DNA of 61,253 nt, filler included, from Piptocephalis cylindrospora (lineage: Eukaryota), in NCBI GenBank assembly GCA_003614145.1. It is 10 parts of 10 records of this genome, joined end to end, with 100 filler letters (N's around TTAATTAATTAA, not from the genome) between each part and the next. Parts side by side here need not be neighbours in the genome. Positions count along the whole stretch, not along the records: positions 49,155 to 55,154 come from KZ988330.1; positions 55,255 to 61,253 come from KZ988331.1; 8 more parts are not named here. One strand, written 5' to 3'. The translations under genes and the position numbers were made by a program. The notes beneath the pieces are model-generated. The model was not told the DNA's origin, did no database searches, and was given only the letters and a program-made list of their open reading frames with translations. The first letter of the stretch is position 1; every line of letters starts with the position of its first letter. Below are positions 50,239 through 61,253 of the stretch, one piece after another.

Positions 50239-51561
50239 TAAAGATGGCATGGAAAGAGAGACTTGGGCATCAAGAGATCCAATGCCCTGTATACCATGTG
50301 GGGGAAGGAAAGAATGAGGTATCGGCCAAGATAGCATGGCGTGGAGGATTTGCTTGGGTGGGGAATGACGAAGGAACAATGGATACGGATGTGGATATCC
50401 TTATGGGCCAAGAAGTGGAAGTGATTGTACACTTGGTGCGGGATAGGGAACTAGGACGGGAGATACCCTGGGAACATCAATGCCATACTATGCCATCTTC
50501 CTGGAATCAAGTGATTCAGCGTCATGAGGTAAGGGATACGAATGGTGAGTTAGGAGCACGAACCTTACTGATCCTTTCATTAGGGATGGAGGGAAGTGGG
50601 ATGGGTGTTACAGCCAGCGACGATAAATTTTCCCCCTGCTCCCCATACGTTCTCCTCCTTGGCAAGATGCTGGAGAGGAAAGGCATCCCTTGTGCCACGA
50701 TCACCTCGTTTTCAAGGAGGGATTAGTATCCTGAAGAGGTATCCTACTGCTGAGCTTCGCTCCTTGGATATCATGATCTGGATTAAGCCGGGTGATAGCG
50801 AGAATGTCGATGAGTACACTGTGCAAAGGATAATCGAAGATGCATTGAGTAGATTACTTGGCATGGAAGTTTTACGCGATCGATTCCCTATACTTCATAG
50901 TTCTTGGTATCGAAGGGTAAGTCGGTCTTGGATGGAATGGACGTATCACCCATACTCCTCATCGCCCCTCCACAATGAGTAGAAAATGACCGAGGCAGTT
51001 CCTTATCTCGAATCCATGGCTCAATCTTTGATAATGATGTGTAGTCGTGGATGGGGAAATGACCTTATAAGGATAGAAAGGGTCAAAGAAAGAATTATAC
51101 ATGACATGTATTCTCACCTTCGAACCAAACGCCCTTCTCAAGTAAGCTTTGGACATGGGAAGAAACGGATGAGTAGCTATCTTACATTGTCCCATCGCTA
51201 GAAAGGCTCATGCGTGATTGATCATGGTCTATGGGAGAGCCAATACCGTCACCACGTTGCCCAGCTTCCCTGGAACGACTCAGTGAAAGAAGAGGAAAAA
51301 GAAAAGGACCCTCTGGCTTCCTTAGTATTTCCTTCTTCCCACCACCTCACCTCGTCCTCCTTTGACTCAATTCCGTCCGAGTTCACCTCCCTAGACCCCA
51401 CCTCCTTCAGCTCCAATCCTACCCTTACCGACACATATTTCCCATCTTCCATGCCTAGTGAAGCGTTCGAAGATGAATTCTCTGATCACTCTTCAACCAG
51501 TTCATATCCCTCTACGAGCTGCCTTACTTCAGAAGAATGGATTGGAAGGAGTAGTCATTGA
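50239..51561 (+). CDS. Spliced gene, candidate TopoVIB-like (TOP6BL/MTOPVIB-type) protein; exons 50239-50528, 50584-50916, 50983-51141, 51202-51561; 5' end unresolved
   Basis: Three GTAAG...TAG introns join four exons in one frame (gene structure is solid). The family call rests on GWREVGW (WKxYG-like) and a C-terminal helix LRDRFP...SS...K...VPYL.SMAQSL. Confidence 0.45.
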
Positions 51562-51879
51562 TCCAGGACGATTTTTTTATAGCGGCTCGCGAAATAGAAG
51601 TGGAGGTAGATGATTGCCTACTTTATGAGGTAGAGGACGGTGTGTATGTGAGACCCTCTGTGGGGGAGGAAGGGGAGGGACATATCCCGGAAGCATCATC
51701 ATCATCGCATGAAACAAAGATATAAAGTAGAAGTGCCATGCTCTTACCCTTTCTCTCTCTCTCTTTCTTTTTCTCTCCCTCTGCTCCTTTTCACCAACAA
51801 AGGATGGTTTCACAAGTGATAGCAACATTCATTTCAAACCCGTCTCTTACCCTTTCTGTCTCTGTCATGCAAATTCATC

Positions 51880-54752
51880 TTAAAGACGAGCCTTGCCAGA
51901 ATCGGACTCGATGGTGGCAGCGGCATGGGTGATAGCCAGTACATCACGCTCGACGACACGAACTTGGAAGATGACCTTGGTACGGCCGGACCCAGCAGGC
52001 TCCTTCCACATGCGAGTCTCGAGGGTCTCGCCGGGGAAAACATGCTTGGCAAAGCGAGCCTTGATTCCACGCATGCGTGTAGCATCCCCATTACACATAG
52101 CCTTGGTGATGTGCTTCCCAGCAATACCATAGGTGCAAAGACCGTGGAGGATGGGTACTTCAAAGCCGCCCATGGCGCTCATACCCGGGTCAAGATGCAG
52201 AGGGTTCCTGTCGCCAGAGAGACGGTATAGGGCCGCCTGATCCTCCGAAGTGCACTCTTTGACGATGGCATCGGGTTCCCGGTTGGGCGGGTTGTTGGTG
52301 GCGATTGCCTCGGGACGAGTTTCGGGGCCACGCTTGGTAGGGCCACCAAAGCCGCCGATACCACGGATGAAGAGGGTGGACTCACCATAGGCCAGATCAG
52401 CAGACTCGCCCTTGACCTTCATGTGGACGCCAATGGTGACAGCGGCGGCCTTACCCTTATCGACCATGTCCAGAACCCTGGCGGTGCACTCAATAGTTCC
52501 TTCGGTGGGGAAGGGCCTGGAGAGCTCGAGGAACTGCTCTCCGTGTAGAAGCATCATGGGGTTGAAATCGGGAAGGACACCACTGGAGATGACGGCCTCG
52601 ACCTGCTCCATGCCTGGGATGACGGCAAAAGTGGGTAGGGGGGTAAAGTGATCATCCAGTTCGTAGACCCAAGGAAGCTCCTTCCTGGTGGCTCCAAGAC
52701 CCAAGGCATACAGGATGATTTCCCGGTCAGTGTAGGTGAAGTCACCAGGGGGGGTCTGGGCCTTCTTGATCTTCTCTACGTCCACCTTGGGACCATCCCC
52801 TTCTCCTGAGGCCTTCTTCCCCTTTCCTCCGGCGGCCTTTGCACGCTTCATGTAATTCTCAATGACGCCCTGGATGCTCTCGACTGTGGTGGTGGGGTAG
52901 GTGGGAGGACGGGGGCCGTCAAAACTCACGACTTCATCCCACTGGGCAGCCACCATCTCAGGGGTAGGGGGGCCATGGTCGACGGGAAACCCGGCGCCGG
53001 CGGCACGCTGCCATCTGCACCGAGCAATCCAGCAGGAACCAACTTCAAAGATACCCCCAGTGGAAGAGGTGGACTCGGAGGCCAGATACCCGACGAGGGG
53101 AGCGACGTAATCGGGCTTGAGCATCTCGACCAGCTCTGGGGGCATAATGGTGGCAGTCATGGCGGTACCAGCATTAGGAGCAATGGTGTTGACAAGGATA
53201 CCCGCCTTGGCACCCTCGATAGCCAGGGTGTTGGAGAGACCAAGGATACCCAGCTTGGCAGAGGAGTAATTGGCTTGACCAAAGTTTCCATAAAGACCGA
53301 CAGCAGAGGCGGTGTTGACAATTCGACCATAACCCTGCTTGATCATGTAAGGCCAAGCGGCCTTGGTAACCTTGTAGGTACCACGAAGATGAACCTTTTG
53401 AACAAGATCCCAGTCCTGATCCGTCATACGGACAAAAGACTTGTCCCGAAGGATCCCAGCGTTATTGATGAGGACATCAACGCGACCAAAGGCCTTGATG
53501 GCAGTATCGACCACCTTGTCCCCATCTTCGACGCTATCAAAGTTCCCAACGGCCTTTCCTCCAGCCTTACGAATGGTCTCGACAACGGCCATGGCAACTT
53601 CCTTGCCCAGGTCATTGACAACGACCGAGGCTCCAAGGGAGCCAAAGAGGAGGGCATAGGCTCGGCCCAGGCCATTTCCAGCTCCAGTGACAATGACAAC
53701 ACGGTCATCAAAGCGGACCTCGGGCTTGTTGGAACCCGTGGAGGGGTTAGAGGTTTGTTCCTTGGCTCTTTCCAGAAGGCCCACCCAGTCGGTGTCAGCC
53801 ATGGATTCAGGGTAGACCGGGGGCTTGGCGGGGGTGATTTCGGTGATTTCCTCCCAGGCGCTGGCGACGGCAGTAGGGGTGAAGGTGGTGGGGTCCGCCT
53901 TAAAGACACGACCCTGGGATCGCTCCCATCGAAGCTTTCCAGCCCAACCGGCTCCGACCTCAAATAACCCACCGGATTCGTTGGAGGAGTCGTGGCAAAG
54001 GAGGCCGACAAGTCCAGTGACAAACTCGGGCTTGAGGGCGGGCAGGAATTCGGGAGGCATAACGGACTCGGTCATCCGAGAAGCAGCGACAGGGGCAATG
54101 GTGTTGCAGAGAATGTTGTACTTGGCTCCCTCCCGAGCCAGGGTGAAGCCAAGGGAGGCAAGGGCAAGCTTGGCGGAGGAGTAATTGGCCTGACCATAGT
54201 TGCCGTAGATACCGGCGGCAGAGGCGGTCATGATGATACGGCCGTACTTTTGCTTCCGGAAGGTCTCCCAAGCGGCCTTGGTGACCTTGTAGGAGCCACG
54301 AAGATGAACCTCTTGAATGAGGTCCCAATCTTGATCAGTCATGCGGGAGAAAGACTTGTCCCGGAGAATACCGGCATTGTTGATGATGATATCGAGGCGA
54401 CCAAAGGCCTTGAGGGCAGTATCGACCAGACGATCCCCATCATTGACACTATCGTAGTTGGCAACAGCCTTTCCTCCGGCGCGGACAATTTCATCGACGA
54501 CAACGTCAGCGGCCTTGCTGGAGTGACCATCTCCGGATCGGGAGACACCTAGGTCATTGACCACGACAGCGGCGCCCCTTGAAGCAAAGAACAGGGCATA
54601 GGCCTTTCCGAGACCTAATGTGGGGAAGAGACAGGATACAGTGGAGGAGACGTGTGAGTAGGGGAAGAGAGAAGGGAACGGGGAAAGAGTGACTTACCTC
54701 CACCAGCACCGGTGACGAGGACGACTCGGTCATCATAGCGTATGTCTGGCAT
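51880..54752 (-). CDS. FOX2: Peroxisomal multifunctional beta-oxidation enzyme (hydratase-dehydrogenase-epimerase); exons 54752-54698, 54614-51880
   Basis: Two SDR domains (VTGAG.GLG, NNAGILRDKSF, GQANYSSAK), a MaoC-like hydratase (YRLSGDRNPLHLDP, ILHGLCTYG) and C-terminal PTS1 ARL. Confidence 0.97.
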
Positions 54753-55154
54753 AGTGTGTATTCACAGGGTAGGAATGAGCTGGAGTGGTTAGGATGGGAA
54801 GGAAAAAAGGAGGCAACAAGCGGTTGAAGAGGAAGAGAATGGGAGGAAGAGGGTCAGGACGGTGGGCTAAGGGTGGGAATGATCCAGTATTTATAGCCAT
54901 GGTGATGGGGGGGGGGGGGGGGGGGGGGGGGGGGAAAGAAAAAAGAGGGGGCCCCCCCGAGAGGCGCCTTTCCCCCCCACGAGGAAGCGGAGAGGGGCGC
55001 AGAGGGGGGGGGGGAAAGCGCGGGGGGGGGGGGGGGTCCCGTTTGGTGGGGGGGGATTTCCCAAAGGGGCCGAGCCCCGGGGTTCCTAGGGCGGGGAGGG
55101 GGGTCGGGGGGGGGGGAGGGGGGGGGGACGGGGGGGGAGAGGGGTGGGATGTAT

Positions 55155-55254
55155 NNNNNNNNNNNNNNNNNNNNNNNNNNNNNNNNNNNNNNNNNNNNTT
55201 AATTAATTAANNNNNNNNNNNNNNNNNNNNNNNNNNNNNNNNNNNNNNNNNNNN
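55155..55254. other. Artificial contig spacer
   Basis: N44-TTAATTAATTAA-N44. Confidence 0.99.
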
Positions 55255-55347
55255 GCGTGATCAGCGGTTTGATTTGGTGTAGACTGCTCCTTACTCGCTC
55301 CTCCTCCCCTCCCCGCAACACTATTCACCATTTTCTTGGCCCTTTCC

Positions 55348-55650
55348 ATGCTGAAACTCTCTGGAGCCCTTACCTCTCCATCAGGAGATGCGCAGATGGT
55401 AGAGGTCCCTTGTAATTCCTCGTCAGGGCCCACCACCGCTGAGCTTCCAGACCTAGTGGAGCAGCTGCGGGACCAAGTCAATGGTCTTCTCACCACCGCC
55501 CTAACCTCCTCGAAGAACCAAAAGGATCGGGCTTTATCTGTTGAGACGCTTGAAGAAGACGGTGAGGGAATAATGGAAGAGGAGGAGGGGGAGGAGGGAG
55601 AGGCCGATGAAGAGACAAGGAAAAAGGCTCGTGTAGAGCAAGCCGCTTGA
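55348..55650 (+). CDS. GON7: Probable EKC/KEOPS complex subunit GON7 (C14orf142-like), 100 aa
   Basis: N-terminal beta-hairpin (LSGALTSPSGDAQMVEVPC), amphipathic helix (LVEQLRDQVNGLLT), acidic tail and basic end RKKARVE; same layout as Gon7/C14orf142. Confidence 0.6.
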   Translation: MLKLSGALTSPSGDAQMVEVPCNSSSGPTTAELPDLVEQLRDQVNGLLTTALTSSKNQKDRALSVETLEEDGEGIMEEEEGEEGEADEETRKKARVEQAA

Positions 55651-55964
55651 AGTAAATGATAATTCATTAGCCCTGCTTACCGCCTTTCCTCTATATTATT
55701 ATTATGATTAGGAATATTGCCATGTACGAATTCTCTTTTTGAGGAACAAAGAAATATTGATGAATTGATCATGAAGGAAAAAGAAACCAGCCATCATCAT
55801 TTAATGCACGGAACATGAGAATATGAAACAGTTATGAAAATCAATATAGCTTACTAATCATTGTATTCCTTCTCTCTTCTCCCCCGTCTTCCTTGGGTCT
55901 ACACCACAACATCACTGCTCCCTATCATCCTCTAATAGACCACGCCTTACCCTTCCTTGCTCCT

Positions 55965-56232
55965 TCAGTAGTCATCCCCACCGCACCTTTCAGGGATGGT
56001 GAAGCTCTCCTTCCTCCGGCCTCCTCCCCAGGGGGTACCGCCAACAACGCGAGCTCCAACACCGAGACCCCGCTTGGCAAAGCCCTTCCAAATTTCACAC
56101 TCATTGTCCCCATCGGTAAGCTGGCGATCGGCCAAGAGGATGGCGTCCCGAGCATCGGAGAAGGAGGGGCGGCATGGCTGGAGTTTCATACCATCCAGGA
56201 CAAGTTGAAGGGCCAGAGTGTTCCCGTGGCTG
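55965..56232 (-). CDS. Fungalysin (peptidase M36) C-terminal fragment, cut at a chimeric junction
   Basis: [55 protein letters not shown] is the M36 C-terminal signature. Confidence 0.9.
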
Positions 56233-56347
56233 GGGGAGGAGGAGCGAGTAAGGAGCAGTCTACACCAAATCAAACCGCTGATCACGCTATATTTAGTTTA
56301 CGGATTATGCTTGATATTATATAAATCTTCTTAAGAAAAAAGAATAT

Positions 56348-56421
56348 GTTCTGGTGGTGTAGTTGGTTATCACGTCTGTCTAACACACAGACGGTCCTCG
56401 GTTCGAATCCGAGCCAGAACA
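56348..56421 (+). tRNA. tRNA-Val (anticodon AAC)
   Basis: Acceptor stem GTTCTGG/CCAGAAC, D arm GTGTAGTTGGTTATCAC, anticodon stem TCTGT-CTAACAC-ACAGA, T arm CTCGGTTCGAATCCGAG, and a Pol III T-run at 56425-56429. Confidence 0.97.
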
Positions 56422-56539
56422 TGCTTTTTAACAGCAACATATTTTATGCTGCGTGGGGAAAGTAGTTGAGAGATAATCGAGGGAGATCATCTTAATAAAG
56501 AGGAATAAACTATAGCTTTCCTTTTCCCCCGTCCTCGCC

Positions 56540-57614
56540 ATGTCCTCTCCTACCACCACTAGCAAATACCTCTCCAGTCTCACGACCTCTACCACCGGGC
56601 TTCGAGTCAAGGGCGTAGTCTTTGATGTACAGTTTGGCGGGGGGAGGGGGCTAAGTCCAAACGACTCACTCACCCCACTTGCGCTCTTGGACATAGATGG
56701 ATGGGACCCTGACGCTTCCTCTCAAGGTATGCGGGGATATTATGCGGGGATACTAGGAGCAAAGAGTATGGAAAACCCTGACTTTATATCCCACACTAAC
56801 GCATGCCCCTATATCATAGAATTTTATTGGGGAGATGCGCCGACGTCTGCAGGTGCCAGATAAGGTGGATGTTCTCGCCTATGCAGCCTCTCTTCCCCCT
56901 GAGGAGAAGATAAGAGCCGAAAAGATCATTGAGGATGTGGAGGTAGAGGCATTGGAACGAGTGGAGATTCAGCCAGGTAGGTAATTTCCTTGGCTTAGAC
57001 GAACTACCATCGGGTGTGTTCTCGCGCAGACAGCTTACCTATGATCCACAATAATTCTAGGTTTAGAAGAGCTTATTCAGGTAAGCCTCTCTCGATTATC
57101 TCTTTGCTTTCTTTCATCACAACCATTTTATCCTCTTTTTTCATCCTCCCTTTCACTAGTTCCTGGAAGAGCATCATATCCCCAAGGCCATTCTGACTAG
57201 GAACAATGAGCGGGCAGTGACTCACCTCTTAGACATGACCGGTCATCATTTCGATCCCTTGGTTACACGGGCCTTTCTTCCCACCAAGCCCCATCCGGAT
57301 CCTCTGTTCCATATTGCCCGAACTTGGGTGAGTTATGGGTAGTGGGATGGAATGGGATAGACGAAGCCTGCTGATCGCTCTAATTCCACCCTAATTCCGC
57401 CCTACTGTATCAATAGGGATTTGCCCCTGAGGAGCTAATGATGGTTGGGGACTTTGGGGATGACTTGTCCTGTGCCAAAGGAGCGGGATCTGTTGGGGTT
57501 CTCCTACGTCATCGGGCCAATGAGCCTTTTATTTCCCAGGCCGATATTGTCCTTGACCGCCTTGAGGATCTGATTGTTCCTCTCCGGGATGGTTTTGAGG
57601 TGAAAAGGCCTTAA
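56540..57614 (+). CDS. HAD-superfamily hydrolase (YOR131C-like), 6 exons
   Basis: GVVFD|MDGTL (motif I split by an intron), ILTRN (II), TKPHPDPL (III), MMVGDFGDD (IV). Confidence 0.9.
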
Positions 57615-58121
57615 TCCTATTAGAAAAGACGAATGAAGTCAATCCATTTGACTAGGCTGGTCTACATTGAATAAATATGAGCAATATCATTGGGATAAAA
57701 TAACAAGAATATCATATTATATTCTCTCCTGCATTAATTTACACTTACCACTTTATCGTGTATCCCGTGAATCTAGATTGATGGGTTGAAAATTCATCAT
57801 AGCCTTATGGATCAGTGTCCAAGGTCAAGTTCAAAGGCTTGAGCTTGGAGATGGTGCTGTACTACCCCCTCCACACGGATGGGGGGACACACAGGGAATC
57901 GTATGTGAGGCTCCAGCACCGCTGATCTGGGCGTGGATGTATGACGAGCCCCTTCCCTTCCTGGCCTTCTTCACATCACCACACCGCTCCTTCTGTGCCC
58001 ACATAAGTCCCCTACCGGTTCTTGCCCTCATCTGTTTACCCTTCAGATCAGTCTTCTTTTTCCTCTTTCTTTCGCCACTTACTCACCCCATCTCGCCCCA
58101 CAAGCACCTCTCTCCCTGAAC

Positions 58122-60629
58122 ATGTCCGGTCAAGCGACAATGCGACTACAGAGGGAGCTCCGGGATTGTCGACAGTCCCTGGGCAACCAGATTTTCGTAC
58201 GATGGGACGACCGGGACATTACTCGGTGCCGGGCCCTCATTACTGGACCTCCTGGAACTCCGTATGCGCATGGGTTTTTCGAATTTTCTCTCAAGTTCCC
58301 TCCTACCTATCCTTCCTCCCCGCCTAAGGTGGAGATTTTAACCACGAACGGTGGACGAACTCGGTTTAACCCCAATGTACATCGTGTGAAGATTGGAGGG
58401 AGGGCGGATCAGCGGATCGACTAATCGATCCTTCTCATAAACCTGAATGAGACGATGTAGTTGTATGCACAAGGGAAAGTATGCTTGAGTATCCTAGGTG
58501 AGTTTTGATCTTTTGCCCGATTCTCCAAAGTTACGTTGATCTCGTCCATATTTACCCACCCTTATATGTTTAGGCACCTGGGGTGGTAAGGAAAGTGAGC
58601 AATGTACGTACGACTGGGATGAATATTTGGAGGGAGGGTAACCAATAATCCATAAACCGGCAAAGGAGGAGGATGGGAGCATTCTCCATTTCCCCCTCAA
58701 ATCAGCCATCCTGTCTAACTACATTCATTCAAATCTACACTTGATAGGGTCGTCGGCCCATGGGATCACATCTGTGCTCATTTCTATTCAATCACTTATG
58801 TCGGAGAACCCTGTAAGTTGCAGCACTGAGAAAGGAGAAAGATATCGTAAGATTACTCATAAACCTTACGTTAACGTAACGTACAGTATGAAAATGAACC
58901 TGGATACGGCAAGGACGAAGTGGAAGAACCACCAGGTATAATATTGTTTGATCCGGTGGGTGCAGTGGCATTTTGGAAGAACAAGGGTCCTCCAGTTCCT
59001 TCGTTGGGAAAGTTGCCCATGACAAAGTATCCCAAGATAACCATTATCCTCCCTGACACGGAAGCCTCAACGTCCGCTTCATCTAAATCAGCAGAATCGG
59101 GTTCCAGTGAGGCGGAAAGCTCAAAGGGAAAGATCGCCATGACGTCCAATCCTCCTTCTAGTGCCTCTCCTTCCCCATATACCTCGGCTCCTCATGTTTC
59201 TTCTCCCCTGGCCTCTTCTTTTACTCCTTACTCTTCTTCCCCCACCTCTTCTTCCTCTTCCCCCTCTCCTTCCCCTTCCAATATCACTCAGGTTCCCAAG
59301 GGGCATATTCCTGCGTCAAAGCCGATTGTCAGTACTTCTGGGAAGATAGTGAAAGGCCAGAAAGTGCCAGCGGATACTCCCTACCCCCCGATAGCCCCTG
59401 GACCTAGCCCTTCCTCCTCGATAAATGGGTCGACGAGCGAGGCGGTGGAGAAGGAAAAGGGGAAATCCACTCTCTCCCTCACCCCCCTTCCTAAAGTGGA
59501 CTTTTCGGCCGGGGGAGTCCCTACGCCCCCGGCCCAAAGCGTAGTTCCTTCCATGTTGTCCAAGAAACGACCAAGAGATGAAAGTGCCCCCGAATTAATG
59601 AAGGCTTACAATTTAAAAATTGCCCATGGTAAGGAGATGAGAGGTGAAGGAGGAGGATATCCCTATGAACATTCACCCTTCTTCACCCCCATTTTCGCCG
59701 CGTAGAAACCATTCGAGTCTCTGTGTGTGGACGTATTGAGCATATCCTGGGCCTATCCAAATATTCCATTCTATCTGGTGCCACGGCAGTGTCAGGTAAC
59801 TCGGATGATGGGGGCTTGGCCAAGGTGTTTGATGATCAGGTGAAGCGATTATTTCTTTGGTACGTTAGTGAGTATAGAGCGTGCGTGGAAAGAGGTCGTA
59901 GAAGTGTCCAGGATGGGGAGCGCTTCCGGAGAATGCCCTTTGAGATGGCATCAAACATTATGATGGGGAGCTTTGCCTGGTCCAATCTCCAGACGCGGTT
60001 GAACAAGCTTTCCCAGATCCTCCTGGAGGAACCCAAAGGCTGGATACGGGAGAGTAAAGACTGGTTGGTTCGGGACATCACCTCGGCCAGTAATCTAAGG
60101 GAGCAATACCTTCAGGTTAGGGGAGGTCAAGAAGGCCTGGAGGGTTTGGATGTGGAATTAGATGAAGGTAATCCTTTTGTATGGAACGTAACAATTTTCG
60201 GTAGCCCAATGAGGTAAGTTACAAAGCGTTTTCTTTCTCATGTGACTGATTGGAGAGATGTGAGCAAGACCTTACAAAGATCCTTCCTCACCCTCCCATA
60301 GCCATTATGATGGAGGAATGTTTAAGGGAAAGATGGTCTTTCATGCGGAATTCCCCGATATCCTTCCCCGGTTTCTTTTCTACACACCAATCTACAATCC
60401 TCACGTTACGACGGACGGAGTACCTTACTACATGGTGGAAAAGGAGGATAGTGTACGAGATCACCTGCAGGCCTTGGTATCCCTCTTCTCCTCGGATCCG
60501 ATGCCCGACCCATCAACACACGTGAACAAAGCAGCGGCCGTCCTGTACTTTGGGAATAAGGAGGAGAGGAAGCAGTATATGCGGAATACTCGTCGATGTG
60601 CCGCAAGATCCATGGAGGAGGAGTATTAG
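58122..60629 (+). CDS. UBE2Z-like ubiquitin-conjugating enzyme with a second, Cys-less C-terminal UBC/UEV domain (7 exons)
   Basis: ITGPPGTPYAHGFFEF, TTNGGRTRFNPN|LYAQGKVCLSIL|GTW, SVLISIQSLM, YENEPG; second domain NPFVWNVTIFG..YDGG.F....F...FP...P...F.TPIYNPHV lacks the catalytic Cys. Confidence 0.88.
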
Positions 60630-61197
60630 GATGAAGTTGTGATTGGGAGGCGAGAAGTCTGAGGGGGGAGGAGGGGTTGATTGAGTACATTATTCCGTAC
60701 CTTTTTTTCCAGCTCACTCGCTCGTTGAATAGCACATGTTGGTCATGCGATGGATAAGCGTGATTTATCCTGAATGTACCATGACCTTTTTTTTCCTTGA
60801 GGTTAAACCTTATGGTCATTCTGTGATGGGCATGGTGCGTCTTGCCTTGTTGAGCCGGTTTCTGAAAGGGGGAGAGGCAAGGATAAAATGGATGGATGAG
60901 TCAATAGTGCTGTTCATGGGGTCCTTTATGCGCCTCTACTAGCCCCGCGTGACGGACGTTCGTGTCTGTCGGGATAATTAAGCTGTCCATCCCCTTTCCA
61001 CTCTTTCCCACACATAAAGTATTGGAATAGTTGGTATGCTGCTAGTGTGAGAGGTATGGGAGACAATGCCACCATTAGTGGTAGTTGGCCCTCTCCGACA
61101 CCACACACTACCATCTCACTATTCCGCTCAAGAGAGATATTATCGTCCACGTCAGCAGCTCATTTCCCTCATCTCCTCGTGTGGATGCTTTCACATC

Positions 61198-61198
<1 letters not shown>

Positions 61199-61239
<41 letters not shown>

Positions 61240-61253
61240 ACCCCCCCCCCCCC
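61199..61253 (+). repeat. Poly-C tract at contig end
   Basis: About 55-nt C run with one A; probably a low-quality contig end. Confidence 0.8.

Noticed and set aside
52975..54552. Long + strand ORFs (330 aa and 186 aa)
   Set aside because: Antisense shadows of FOX2; their internal similarity reflects the duplicated SDR domains.
54905..55154. G-rich tract and Gly-rich ORF (possible G-quadruplex); similar runs at 36749-36767 and 61199-61253
   Set aside because: Homopolymer-rich contig ends are probably low-quality sequence.
6188..56232. Secreted-enzyme 'gene cluster' (S41, GH19, lectin, M36)
   Set aside because: The genes lie on different, unlinked contigs, so physical clustering cannot be claimed.
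55255..56287. 55-bp inverted repeats as transposon or MITE terminal repeats (also 46372/49054)
   Set aside because: No transposase or target-site duplication; one copy sits exactly at the contig end; both cases are 55 bp and the two sequences are unrelated.

Overview
This is eukaryotic (fungal) genomic DNA, not one continuous locus. Ten contigs of about 6 kb (6087, 6074, 6060, 6046, 6040, 6025, 6020, 6002, 6000 and 5999 bp, in descending length) are joined by artificial 100-nt N44-TTAATTAATTAA-N44 spacers. Short GT-AG introns, CT-rich leaders, a GH19 chitinase, a fungalysin and a ricin-B lectin suggest a compact early-diverging fungal genome; a Zoopagomycota mycoparasite such as Piptocephalis is my inference. 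Recognisable genes are DBP9, a GUP1-type MBOAT, two mitochondrial carriers, POL3, MED31, an OPT transporter, an auxin-efflux-carrier-family transporter, PAN3, FOX2, a HAD hydrolase, a tandem-UBC E2 and tRNA-Val(AAC). Three contigs contain inversions (POL3 split over two strands; two exact 55-bp inverted duplicates at contig ends), which look like whole-genome-amplification or assembly chimeras. The most interesting candidates are a spliced gene at about 50.2-51.6 kb resembling a TopoVIB-like (SPO11 partner) protein, a secreted GH19 chitinase, a human-like GON7, an orphan secreted protein and a possible structured non-coding RNA at 5.25-5.64 kb. All family assignments come from motif recognition by eye; no database search was run.
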